A DNA stretch of 64,000 bases from Camelus ferus. Taxonomy: Eukaryota. Below, in pieces: positions 38,414 through 51,190 of the stretch. The position numbers and the translations under genes are program-made. The stretch lies in contig NC_045696.1 of NCBI RefSeq assembly GCF_009834535.1, positions 85,562,001-85,626,000 on the forward strand, written 5' to 3'. The notes below the pieces were generated by a model that saw nothing but the letters and a program-made list of their open reading frames with translations, was not told the origin of the DNA and did no database searches. The stretch's first letter is position 1; the number at the start of each line of letters is the position of its first letter.

Positions 38414-39010
38414 AATATTTTAACATAATAATTCCATGTAATATATACTGGAGATTGTATCTTATCTGATACAAAGACAAGTAAAAAACTCACATGCTTG
38501 CTATTCAAAGAAGAGAAATATTTATGATTAATTTACAATAAACCTATATGCATAAATAAATATACATTTATTTTCAAACTCATGCAAGAAGCTGTTTAAA
38601 GTGTTACATAGGATTACTTAATACAAGACATTAGCACTACCCACAAGGTACGGGGGACAAAGAGCACAAATATTTGAAAATCTAAATCAGTGAATCAGTA
38701 TTTGACATAGCTGTTATTTGTTACATTCTATATATTGTAAATCAGCTATATGGAAATAATTCAGCTACAAAGCCTGGTACTCAAGCAATTAAACAGGCTA
38801 CCCTAGCTGTACAAGTAGGGGTTGCAGGATTGTTGCTCAGGAAAGTGGAGCAGTATGGTGAAATGAGGAATCATTATTCTGGGACATCTGGTCTCAATCA
38901 GCATTACCTTTCAGGAACAAATCAGAGATGGTAATGAGTATAATTAGGTAGAGTACTTAAGTTTCAACCAAATGAACTGGGAAAGAAGGGAAAAATGGGA
39001 AAAATCCACT

Positions 39011-39150
39011 AATCATTCATTATTTTAATCTCTGAATAAACATATAATGAATATCTACTATACACCAAGCACTATAATATGTGCTAAATTTTCAAACATG
39101 GTCCTTGCCTTCATGGAGTTTGTAGTCTAGTTATTCAAAGGAACAGATAA
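39011..39150 (-). mobile_element. L2 3' end
   Basis: 'atctactatacaccaagcact...catggtccttgccttcatggagtttgtagtctag'. Confidence 0.75.
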
Positions 39151-42100
39151 ATTAAAAGGAATATGGAATGCCATAACTGTTAGGTATTGGTGATAATGAA
39201 AGAAAACTGTCAACTGGCCCCAGCAATAACCAATTTATTACTACTGTGACCATACTGCAGTCTGTATAAAATCTAAGTTTGGGAGTTTAGGTTGAAAAAC
39301 TTATAGAAATTTACACAGGTTCTTAAAAATGAAGACCATCATTATTCTATATGAAGGGATGTAATTCTCTGATTGAAAGTAATTTGTACAATTAAATTAA
39401 AATGCTCTCTTTTTTAATATATTACCAAATTTTCCACACTCAAAGATCTCTGGATCTACCATTCATTTCTGTATAACGTCATATGAAAGTGCTCCTGCCC
39501 TTCTCAGCCCCAAGGCCTGTTCCTAATGGTTCTCTACATACAAGAGAAATAGAATTAAGCAGATCTCTTTAAATACTATAAACATTTTCTCATTTATAAT
39601 ATATACAAAAATGCATAAAAATTACAGTAAACTTTTTTGTAATACATTATTCCTAGTTGTCCTAGAGCTGTCACTTACGGATTATAAACCAATAGCTATG
39701 TTCTAGCAACAAGTTACGAGAAGGGTTTTTTAAATGGTCTTTTAGATCACAATACAAACATTATGCAAAGAGATACTCTCAGAATGTTAACATCTTCTGT
39801 TCCCTAACTAAAAAAAAAAAAAAAAAATTAAGATAAAATAAAATAATTTAAAATTTAAAATATAATAGTGAGATTTTAAATCAATATTTTGTTATAATAA
39901 AATGAACTAGTTTTACAAAAGTGCATTTCTCACATTGTTGAAATATATCCATTTAAGAGCCAAAGTTGTATTTCTTTAACAGTCTTTGATGAAACCTTTA
40001 TATGAACATTATAAACTTCACTTTTTAAAAATAATTAGTATCATTATGAGCCTCAGTTATTATGCTGAGACAATACAAAGATTCTTCATTTGGCATTAAG
40101 GCAGGTATATAAGAATGATTTTCTTGGATTAAATGGCCTCAAATCACTAAGCTCTTTGCTCTTGTGTTTGTTTACAGTTATCTCTCCCCTCCATTACTAT
40201 CAGCCTGTCATCTCTTGTTTGTTCCTATCATTTTACTTTCATTTCAATCTTTTATATTAAAGTGACATAGATTTTAAGCGGTTTAAGGGCAATCTCCCAC
40301 ACCTTTGTGGGGTTTTAGACAAGTGAGTCAGCCAGAAAACACCTTCCTGATTAAGTGTCACTGTAATTAATGTTATCAAGCCCCAGATGGTTGATCCTAC
40401 AAGAGATTAAAAAAAAAAAAAGAAATATTTTGCTTCAAACATTGATTATATTTAAAAAGTAATTTCATAAGTATAATCAAAATTATATATTACCTAAAAG
40501 TGCAATTTCATCTAATGTTAAAATTGAAATATTAGACCCTTTGTTTTCACATGTTGACATTATATTAGCATCATTATCTCAACCAGATGCAACTCTATTT
40601 GTTTTTGTGATTCTGAAAAAAATAAGCCATAAGCCAGTCCTAGTTTCCTTCATTCTGTTGATTAATTTGGGTTTCTCATATTTCCTATCAGTAAATCTCT
40701 TTGGCCTGATTCAGTGCAGCATTATCCTTCATTAGAGAGTCGGATTTCATGCTACCAGAGAACACTGTGGTAGAAAGGGACCTTAGAGATCATTTGCCTA
40801 GCCCTTTTATTTTAGAGATTAAAAAGGGATTTAGAAAGATGCTGCCTTTTGAAAAATCTCTTTTGTTCTGATTAAACTTTATCCTTTTTGGTACACTTAA
40901 GTAAGTTTCTTGTATCTTCTTTACATAAACAGTCTCAATGTTATATAAGGCCAGCTAACTGGTACTGTACTTGAGACATTATCATGTTTAGGAAAAAAAG
41001 AAAATAACATTTTGTTTGAAATTTCATACCCAGTCATGTCCATAAACTACATCTATATATTACAATTTTATCCTAAGGAAGTTCTCAACTGTGACCAAAT
41101 AATTCCTATCACATCTTATCTCTTCCTTGTTCCAATTTCTATTTTATGCTATTGGTGAGGAGAGAGAGATATCTGGGAAAAGTCATTTTAGTGGTATTTC
41201 TGACAAGAAAAGGCCTTTCAGTACTTTTTTTTCAGATCATAAAAGTAATGTAATACATGGGAAATAAAGAAAAGAATATAACATAAATAACAGTGACCCA
41301 TTATGTCACCATCCAGAGGCTGAATATCTTAAGGCATTTCTATTTTGTCTTTTTACTGTGCTTTTTTTTTTTTTTCACATGCATATATTTGAATTTGAAA
41401 GCCTGGCTACTTTCTTAAAAGATAATTTACTAGATTTTTTTAGTTCTGATGTAACATACCAAAGATAGGCCTACAAAGTCAGTCTCAATAATTTCTCCTT
41501 CTGTGTCTACCATTTAACTCTTAGCTCAATGCAAGAGGAAGGGGAATGTTACTTAGAAGTGAAAGAAAAGTTCATATCATTTTAATCCTGAAAAAAAACT
41601 GTAGAAAGGTGGGGAAATGCTTTGCTGAAAAGAGCATCAACAGCAGAAATTCCTCCCTTGACCACCTATTCAATCATTGGCAGGAGGGGATTTTGCAGAG
41701 TATCTCATTAAAAAAATTTAGAAGAAAGTGTGATCAAGGGAGAACTTTGAAAATTAGCTTTCTTAGTCTAATTTTACTTCTTGTATGGATTGGAAGTAAA
41801 TTGAGAGCCAGAGGACCCCCCAGGGCATTTGTCATAGTGTGGTGAAGTTATATCCTGTCAGACCATGGGCTGAGAGCAGTGGTTGAAAGCTTGAAAGTGC
41901 TTAGGTAAAGCGGATAAATCAACTGAAAGATGGCTTCAGTACCCAAACCAAAAGAGCAGATTGCAAATTCACCTGCAAGATGGGTCCTGAGCCAGTAGAA
42001 AAAACTCATTGCCCTGAAGACCAGAAGGTGCCTTTACACAATCAAAGACCAACACAGTTCCTTTATCTTCAAATTTACAAAGACACAAAAACATCACCCT

Positions 42101-43339
42101 TCTTGTTCATATGGCATGATGGTGATTTTTAGGGTGGGGAGATAATTGGAAAAAATGAAAAATTTTATACTAAAATAAACAAACACTAAATGACACTTTA
42201 AATAGTTGGATTGTTTTTGACAGAATCATATACGTAGTCACTTCCTTTCCCCTCTGCCAAACACATACTGTCAAAGGTTGGGATCCAAAAGAAATATTCA
42301 CAGATTACATATAACAAAAACAAAGAGTTACTTTTTCTCTATATATCTACACTATAGAAGGAGTTGAAATTCACATATTTGCTTCATATGCATTTGCTTT
42401 CCTTAAATTTCTGTGGATAATGTGTGCTTTAGGCTGCTATATCTTATATTTGTTAAAGCATTATGCCATTAGCAATAGGATCAGGGATTTAATTTCAATG
42501 TCAACAGGTTTAACATTTGCCTATCTAGACTTGAACTGTTCCTAAAAGCCATCAGGCAAAAGCATGCCACTGTAGAAAATGTAGTAGAAAAAAACAGATG
42601 ATAGTGTATTTATACAGATCTTTTTATGTGTTATTGAAGCCACAAAGTTGTTATTGTCATTACTTGATTTTATTTATTTCTAGCTAAAACCAAAATCCTT
42701 ACATATAGAATAGCTGTAATACAAAAGATGCCCAAAGCAAAGGACCTGCACCACTAAAAGTGTACTGTAGTTTTCTATATCCCATCTCCTCTTTACTAGA
42801 AGGAATTCTCCTGAATTCTGTATTCAGGATTCCTGATTTTAAATAGAGCCCATCTTTTAATCATTTTGATAAGTGCAATTGCTGAAAATTGATACCCCAG
42901 GATATACCCCTCTCTTTAAAGAGAGATTCAGAGAAGTTATACTCATTAAAGACAAACACACCTGAGACTTTACAATCTTAAGTCTTGAAAGAACATTAAA
43001 AATGGAAATCTTTTTTTTGAAGTATAAAGAATTATCTGAAATATTTTATGCAAAGAACAATTATTTTGCATATTTGAATTGTTCTGTGACTAAGCAAATC
43101 TATTGTATTAGAAATATTATTTTTTAGAATGCTGGTAGACATACAGTTTTCCATAATTCTAGATCCAAATTTAGAAAATGGAGAGCCATGAGATAAAGTA
43201 GTGCTATTCCTGGCAGAGAAAGAGTAGATGATTTAATATGGCATCTGGAATTCTGACTGAAAATTATGTCACTGGATTTAGTTTGGGGCATCTACAAACT
43301 TGAATGCTCAGGACAATCAGCTAAAATATTCTTATAAAA

Positions 43340-43552
43340 CTTTACCATTTACAAAATGCTTTCACAATTTCTAAAAGAAAAGGCAACATAAATATCTTGA
43401 TCTTACTTATTAATAATAAACAGCATTTATTTCATGTTTAGTTGATCCTATTTAAGTCTTCTATGTAGAAATAGAAGGCTTAGCATGGTTAATTAACTTG
43501 CCCTAGGTTGGCTGTACCTTGTAAATGTTAAAGTCAGAAATCAAACCGAAGG
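43340..43552 (-). mobile_element. MIR-family SINE fragment
   Basis: 'catttacaaaatgctttcaca' and 'ggttaattaacttgccctaggtt...gtaaatgttaaagtcagaaatcaaacc'. Confidence 0.55.
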
Positions 43553-43571
43553 CTTAAAGTAGGTGGTAACT

Positions 43572-43945
43572 TCTACTGCATTAGAAGTTAAAATTGAGAA
43601 AAAAATTTAATGTGTTTATTAATTTATTTAAAAATAACAAAAAGTAAACTCCTTACATGTTAATATACATTTATAAGAACAAAACAAAAATGATACTTTC
43701 CATAACAGAAATATTGAGAAACATGACATTATTTTACCTTTTTGCAAAATCTCTTTATTGGCTTAATAGAAAGCAGCTCAACACATCTTTGGCATTCAGT
43801 CAGGTAGTCTCTGGATACTGGATACTCAGGTGAGAATAGAAGTAAAAAGGAAACAAAACCTTAAATTGTTAAGAAATTAATTTTGATCTTACAATATCCC
43901 TGAAAGAATTTCAAGAATGCCTAGATTTTGATTAGAAAATCTCTA
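43572..43945 (-). mobile_element. MER119/Charlie1-family hAT remnant (strand given relative to transposase sense)
   Basis: 'ttttgcaaaatctcttta-ttggcttaatagaaagcagct' is the reverse complement of the Charlie1 3' sequence also present at about 9960-10050; 'gtagtctctgga...gtgagaatagaagtaaaaagg...ttttgatcttacaatatccctgaaag' matches recalled MER119. Confidence 0.75.
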
Positions 43946-43977
43946 TAATTCTTTCCAAATATACAATCTTAAATCTT

Positions 43978-44045
43978 TTTCTATTCTTATTTTTTATTGA
44001 TGTGTAGTCAATTTACAATGTTTGTTTCACGTGTGCAGCAAAGTG
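43978..44045 (-). mobile_element. 68-bp 5'-truncated artiodactyl-type L1 3' terminus with 14-bp TSD
   Basis: T-rich tail followed by 'ttattgatgtgtagtcaatttacaatgtt...gtgcagcaaagtg' (antisense L1 3' end); TSD caatcttaaatctt (43964-43977) / caatcctaaatctt (44046-44059), one mismatch. Confidence 0.85.
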
Positions 44046-44989
44046 CAATCCTAAATCTTCACTGGTGATTTACATCTCTGAAACCCAGCTTTTGTTTTGT
44101 GGGTATGATCAAATTTCTTTTTAAGAAGCATCCTGAATCAGCACTGAAGAAGAGAGCCTGAAAAAAACACAAGGAGAATTCAGAAAACTACAGTAGCAAG
44201 AAATACTCAGTAGTGGTAACGGAAGTGCAGAGTAGAATAGATTCAAAGCCAATCTAAATAGAATCAGGCCCATGTTGGAAGCTGAACTGAATACAGATGG
44301 CATAAATGCATGATTGGATATTGATTAGCTCAAGTCACCAACAAGAGGCTGACAGATGATTAAATATTTGCCAATGTAAGTCCAGTCCTATGACAGCCAG
44401 TTAAATAAGGACCAGACAGATATTTGCCACTGCCTTGTTGCTAGAACACTCTACCCAGTTTTCTTAGAAGATATGGTAAAATAATTGGAAATTAAGGGAA
44501 GACAATGACTCTAAAAATGCTATACCTACCAAACATCTTTCATTCAGGATGAGATAATGTGTTTTAGTACAAAAAACCTTGAGGGGACAGAAGTTTCATA
44601 TCCTCTAATAACTACCTGAGAGATAGAGGTAAGTAGCTTAATCTCTCTACCTCAGTAATTCTAAATGAAAGAGATGAACAGAATGATACCTAACATTTTT
44701 GAAAGTTCAATGCATAATGTACCAAACAGGAGCAACAGTAGAAGACATACAGAAACATCTAATTAGCATTATAAAGTTAAGTAACAAAACACACTTGATA
44801 CTCTCATTTTGTTGAAAAAGGCTCTGATTATTTTATCATTATTGTTGGATAACTTCAATATCTTTACAAAATATATATTGAAGAATGTTTTAAAAACAGT
44901 TTGGTTTCCTTTTAGGAATTGAGAGTTAGAGGGAAGTGACCAGTTTAGAAATATACTACTGGGAATTAGAGGAGTATAGAATAGGACAT

Positions 44990-45620
44990 TAGTTGTAGAT
45001 AAGAGAAAAAATGTAAAAATGTCTCAAGGGATCAAAATCAATCCCTGTAGTCAGACAGCAAGCACACATAGCCAAAGAAAGACAAAGTAGATTCTACGAG
45101 GACTTGAAAAATTAGGTAGAAAGGTCACACAAGAGCTTGCATTTCCTGTGGCCTAGAGCAAGGAAAAAGGATGGAGAACATGGGAGATGTTTCCAAGAAA
45201 ATGTTTCCAAGAAGGAAATGAGATGAAGTGAAGCAGAAGCAATAATCTTCATCATAAATTAACCATAAAAATTCTTTAGATTAAAGCGAAATGAGAATGC
45301 ACATACAAACTATTACTACATTCTAAGGAAATAAATAAATAAAAGGAAATTTGAACCATATATAGCCTAGCAAATTTTCTATTTATAAAGAAATAAAGCT
45401 GAGAGTCATCTATATAGAAAAAGGAATAAATAGCAAGTTAATTTCAGATCTTTCTTCTGCAGAAAACAATGGAGTACTTGATAGGATTCTTAAAAAAAAG
45501 TTAATAATTAGAAAATTATGCCCTTTCAAGTTATTATCCATCATGCAGAAAACTAAAAGATACCCCCAGAAATGTATATGGGCTCAGAAGTAATGCCACA
45601 AATAAATCTTAAATTAAAAA
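44990..45620 (+). mobile_element. Old HAL1/L1 ORF1-like fragment
   Basis: 'tttcagatctttcttctgcagaaaacaatggagt...tagaaaattatgccctttcaagttatt' resembles the ORF1 C-terminal SDFSSA..QW..RILYPAKL coding region. Confidence 0.45.
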
Positions 45621-48117
45621 ATAAAAATACATTGAATCTAACTCCAAAAATTCAGGAGGTAGGTAACAGTCTACAACTTAAAAATGGAAAAAAATTATGA
45701 TATCAATGGATTAACAAAACTTATTTTGTTTGGACCCTAGAGTCAAAAATAAATTATCCAGCCAAAATGTGAGGCTTAATCCTGTAATACTATCTTCAAC
45801 CATTTTTCTGCTTCTCCTTCCCCTGTATGAGCAGATATCTCTTGAGCACACATCCTTCATCAAGAGTGATGATGGAATCTTCATTGAGAGTAATATGAAT
45901 TGTTAAATATTGAAAAGTTCCTCAGCCAGAATGTGCAACAGTTGCAAAAAATGTTACTTACTTCTGAGTACCTTAAGGCTCACAAATCAGAGAACAAAGA
46001 GATGCAAGAAAATGGACACTTGGCATTCCTGGGAAACAGTACTTCATTATGTAAGAATCTAACACATTCGTGTTAGCTGAAAGAAAGGATTTTCAAAATA
46101 ATTAGTCTATTTTTTTAAAGTGTTTCTATCTCTCAAACTTTCTCTGCAGTCCAAGGAAGTCAGTCTTTGACACTGGCAACAGTACAGCCCACAAATCTTC
46201 AAAATATTTGGATACAGTCACCGTTTACTTCAAGAACAAGTGCCAACATACGTAATGAAGCTTTTCCTGGGATCTGAATGGTGTTAATCATGACAGCAAA
46301 TATTTAAGTTTATGTGTTGTGCTGAGCAGAAACAGCCATGTGTTCTATAATAAATTTAGTTATAGTCAAGGCCCTCTGACTTGTGGAGCTCTTCTGTACT
46401 GATCGAAAGGCCACATTCATGGGAACCATGTCCTATCCAACTTGCCCACACAGTATTAATACTATGTGCTCAAATATATATAACATATTTAATACTATGT
46501 GCATCATATACAATACTGTGTGCTTAAAACTGTAGAATTTGTTGAAATAACTTAAAATATAATCATCAAGAAACTGCTAAAGATATATATGGGAGAGGGT
46601 CTTAAATTTGTATTATGATACTTTTTGGAATCCACCAAATGACTAAGTAAACTGACATGAAAATGTAACTAAGAATTTAAGACAATAAGGGATCAAAATA
46701 AAAGGGGATACATAGTTGGAGAATGCTTGCAATATTCTCTCCCTCTTTAGAGTATAGTTCCCAGTCATAAAAATGATAAAATAAGTCATTAAAAAGATAT
46801 TACAAATAATGAAATATTGACAGCCCTTTTCAAAAGCAAATCCCACTTTACTTCTGAAAGAGAATCTGTTTACACTCTATATAAAAAGCATTTTGTGAAT
46901 CCAAAGCCTGCATACTTCTTCTACTAAAAGTATCTTCATTTTTATAAGCAGTATTTAACATAATTGTGCTACTAAGAGAAATTATAAAATGTAGCCTAAA
47001 TAGTGATTGAGTAAGGAAAATGTATTTTTAACTGTCAATTTGTTGAAGCAAGTATAAGGCAATGTCACGCTACTATGGTCATATCTCAAAATATCTCTTT
47101 TTTTACTCCAAAATAAGAGATACTCTGTAATGTATTTGTGTATCTTGAGATGATTTCACTGACATCAGTGTAGGGTTTCAAGAAGGTAATCAAATCCTTC
47201 AGAGACTCTTCTAAATATAATTCTTAACCTGTGAGGTATTTTATATTCTCCTTAAAAGAATACCTGACAGAAACAAAATATGAAAGGATTTCCTTCTTAG
47301 TCCCCAAAGACATGCAGTGGATCTGATTCTGTTTCAGCCTGAGTCAACAAAAGGTATTAATGGAAATACTACATCTTAGTATGCTCCACATTGCTAAAGT
47401 TGACAAAAATAGTCTAAGGGTAAAAACCAAGCTAGAAAATTTTAAACTTTAGTAGTTCATTGTGAACCTTGAAAAGAGTCATTAAGTCTGTATTTTGATG
47501 ATATCTTCTTTGGGAAAAAATATGTATACATATATATTTAAGCGAGCCATTATTAATCTATTACTGTTTTATATCTCTACTTAAATGGTTCCAAAAACTA
47601 CTTTCTTTAGGAATAAGGTTATATTGTACACACATAACTTTTAGAGCCATATGATAAAAAATCATTTTCCCGCTGCTGTATGTACTCACTTCAAATTCTA
47701 GTTAAATGATTTATGCCATTCTGTCAGTTTTTCTCAATAAATCAAACATAATTTTGGTCTTCTAAAAATTCTAAAACTGATAGAAACTTAAAATTCTAGA
47801 ACCACGGCAGAGTTTTCATCTAATTTATAGTTGTTATGGCTTGTTCTGAGAGATAGAGTATTTCTGCTATAATGTGTATTTTCTGTAAAGTGGATTAATC
47901 ACACATAACTGATAAACAGGAAAATGATGTCAATATGATGTGTAAATTAGTTGGCTCATACATGATATTCCCTAGCACTTTTGTGCTTTGTGCCAAGTAT
48001 CTGCTGAATGCATCAAACCATTAAAGAATCCACTGATCCCACAATCAACCTCTTGGATCAAGTTGGGAAACTCTTCTAACTTGGAAATGATTATTACATA
48101 GTTAGCTGTGATATTTG

Positions 48118-48561
48118 TGTATTAGGTAAAATGGTAGCCCCAAAAGACAGGCCTACATCCTAATTCCTGGAACCTGTGAATATTGTCTTATTAGGAAAAA
48201 GGATCTTTGCAAGTGTAATTAAGGATCTTGAGATGAAGACATCCTGGATTATCTGGATGGGCCCTAAATCTACTAATGTATCCTTATAAGAAGAAGGCAA
48301 AGGGAGATTTGAGATAGAAGAAGAAAAGACACGCAGAGGACAAGGCTGTGTGATAATGAAGGCAGAGATTGGAGCAGTGCAACCACAGGCTGGAAGAAGC
48401 AGGGAACTAAATTTCCCCTAGAGCTTCTGGAGGGAGTACTGCCCCGACAAAACCTTGACTTTAGATTTAGGGCTTCCAGAGCTATGAGAGAATAAACGTT
48501 TGTTGTTTTAAGCCACCCAGTTTGTGGAAATCCGTTATGGCAGCCCTGGCATACTACTTAC
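48118..48561 (+). mobile_element. MLT1C-like MaLR solo LTR
   Basis: 'tcctaattcctggaacctgtgaatat...gatctttgcaagtgtaattaaggatcttgagatg...gaaggcagagattggag...gagagaataaacgtttgttgttttaagccacccagtttgtgg'; AATAAA near the 3' end. Confidence 0.92.
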
Positions 48562-49455
48562 TATACCTCGTAATTTTTGTTTTTGTCTCCACAGTAAAGC
48601 AACCTAACTCAAAACCTTCCTTATTCCTCATTCTAGAGCTACCATTCTTGCTTTTTTTTTTTTTTTTTGGTAAACAAAGTCATATATGTACTTTAATATT
48701 TATACTTACTAGAGATTTCATATATTTTTTTAACCGTACCAGCATATTTATAAGAAATGCCACTATTTGTGTTTATGTTTCTATTACAAAGTTTTACAGA
48801 TTGTTAGTGGCCTTGCCTATCCTTAATTTTACCACAAAGCTCTGTCATTTTTAATGCTAGATTTTGCAAAGGAACTTAAGATGTTGTAGGAATAACTATT
48901 TAGTGAAATGATAGAAATGCCTATATTTTATGTGAACAGATGCCCCAGTCAAAAAACTTAATTCTATATAGAATTGACAGCATAAAAAGTTAATGATCAC
49001 TTAAAGTTTAATTCATAATTTATAGGATAAATAAAATTACAGAAGCAGAGAATCAGATGTGATCTTGTTGATTATTTTGTCTGACTTTCAGACAGTTGCA
49101 AGAAGCCTCTCTGTAACATTTGTTAGATTGTCATCCAATAACTGGTTGAAGATTTCTATTGAAGGAGCACCCAAAACTTTAAAAGACAGCCCATTCAAAT
49201 CGAGGCCTTAAAGCCATCTATGATTTCTAAATTACAACTTTTTCAAATATATTTAAATCTTACTATTTTTTCATTTTTACTTTCATTTATACTTACATTT
49301 TTCTGCACTTGCATATTTAAATTTAAAATAGTCTTTCTTTAGGTAAAATAAAACTTAATAGGGTGACTAAGAGTTTGGTACAGTGAAGATACAGAGAACT
49401 AGGAGCAATAAAATTCTCTACGGAGATATTGGAAAGTAAAAATATGGTCTGGGTA

Positions 49456-49872
49456 AAAAACCCAAATGTTCATCATCTGATAATTGGATAAACAAAAGGT
49501 AGTATATCTATATAATGAAATATTATTCAGCACTATAAAAATGGTACAATATGGGTAAGTCTTGAAAACATTATGCTAAGTGAAAAAAGCCAGGCACACA
49601 CACATACAGACACACACAATTATTTGACTCCATTTTATGAAATGTCTAGAATAGGCACATCTATGGAGTAGATTAGTGGTTGTCAGGAACTGGCAGTAAC
49701 GGATAACGCAGAGTGACTGCTAATGGATTTCTTTTTGAGGCAATGAAAGTTTCTAATATTAGGTAATTGCAACTGCACAACCCTATAAATACACTAAAAA
49801 CTACTAAATTGTACATTTTAAAATTTGAATTTGGTGATATATAAATTATATCTCAGTAAAGCTGTTATAAAA
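49456..49872 (+). mobile_element. L1MB/L1ME-type L1 3' end
   Basis: 'cccaaatgttcatca...tggataaacaaa...cttgaaaacattatgctaagtgaaaaaagccag...gagtgactgctaatgg...aattatatctcagtaaagctgtta', then an A-rich tail. Confidence 0.88.
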
Positions 49873-50329
49873 CATATACACAACACAAAAACAAACGAAA
49901 AACAAAACAAGATCTATGTGGTTTAAGAAGCTCGAGAAGGGAAGCAAAGAAACTCTAATAGGCTTGAAAGCCTGAGAACTTCACATCACCTACAGATAGA
50001 TGATATTTCTGAAAATCCTGGTCAGCAAATCAGTGCACAGCAGCCAAAACTGAGTCAGGATTGTACACATTCTGATTCAAAGACATCTGTAACGAGACTA
50101 TTTAAATTCTGTGGTGTTAGAGGCCGGGTCCTATGGATCTTTGAAACTCACTAACCAGATGTCCTTTCCAGAACATTTTTACACTGAGAGAAGCTATAGG
50201 ATTTTGAATCTAAATTGAAAAGGTTCAGACAGAGTTATGGAAAAAAAAAAAGAGAGCCAACAGATTTAAAAAATGCATGCCTATATTTTTTAAAATCTAT
50301 AAAAATAACAAAAGAAGTTCTACAGCCAT

Positions 50330-50935
50330 AAAGTTAGAAATGCTATCTTGACATATTCTCTTTAAGAATACAGGAAGGAAGACTAAAATGAACATTAGAA
50401 GATTGCAGTAAAGCCCGTGCAAATATACTATAAATGAAATAAGTTTACCTACAACAAATCAATGGAATGATATATTTATAAAATTCAAGGAAAGAAAATA
50501 TGAGCCAAAGATTTTATTTACAACCAAACTTACTTACAAATAAATAATTTATAAATTATTATAAACATGGAATACTGTTCTTAATGAACCCTTCTATGAG
50601 AGCAAGATTCATGCAACTAAAATGACTGAATAAATAAGAGTACAGATAATGATTTGTGGCAAATATTAAGTATAAACCATACTTCAAATTAAATGATGGT
50701 TATAATCAAATTAAATAGTATATAATGTCTATGCACTGTGATAATATGCAACTATCAAAAATGGTGTGGGGGGATAGAGTAAATGAAAAGTAAATAAACT
50801 CACAGATCCCTTATTAGTATTAACATAAAGTAAAATAAAAATAATTTAAACTAGCTGCTGTGGGGATTCATTATATTTTTCTCCCTGCTTTCATATATGT
50901 TTGAAATTATTCATAATAAGAATGTTAATAAAAGA
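50330..50935 (+). mobile_element. Old L1/HAL1 fragments (ORF1 end and 3' terminus)
   Basis: 'caatggaatgatatattt...aaatatgagccaaagattttatttacaaccaaact' resembles ORF1 QW..IF..EPRILYPAKL; 'ggattcattata...tatatgtttgaaattattcataataa' is an L1ME-type end. Confidence 0.5.
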
Positions 50936-50959
50936 GATAACTTTGAAGTTCACAGTTTA

Positions 50960-51190
50960 AAGGGTATTGCAATAAAATAAACAACACAATGAGACTTGAA
51001 ACAGAGCAGTAGTGAGGGGAAGAGTAAGGAGAAAACAGGATGTATTATTGGATAGAACTGACTGTAGTCTGTGACCTGTGGAGATTAAAAGAATAGAGGT
51101 GCCAAATACGCCTCCAAGGTTCTGGCTGAGATGATCTGGTAGATTGTGGATGTCATAATTGAAACATGAGACATGTGAGGAAGAGTGATG
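50960..51190 (-). mobile_element. L2 LINE fragment
   Basis: 'cctccaaggttctggctgagatgatctggtagattgtggatgtcataattgaaacatgaga' is antisense L2. Confidence 0.65.

Noticed and set aside
9860..43945. Two Charlie1-family remnants in opposite orientation as ends of one composite element
   Set aside because: They are 33 kb apart, appear to be different derivatives (Charlie1 versus MER119-like) and share no TSD.
45187..45213. Tandem duplication of atgtttccaagaa
   Set aside because: Ordinary slippage duplication inside an old repeat.
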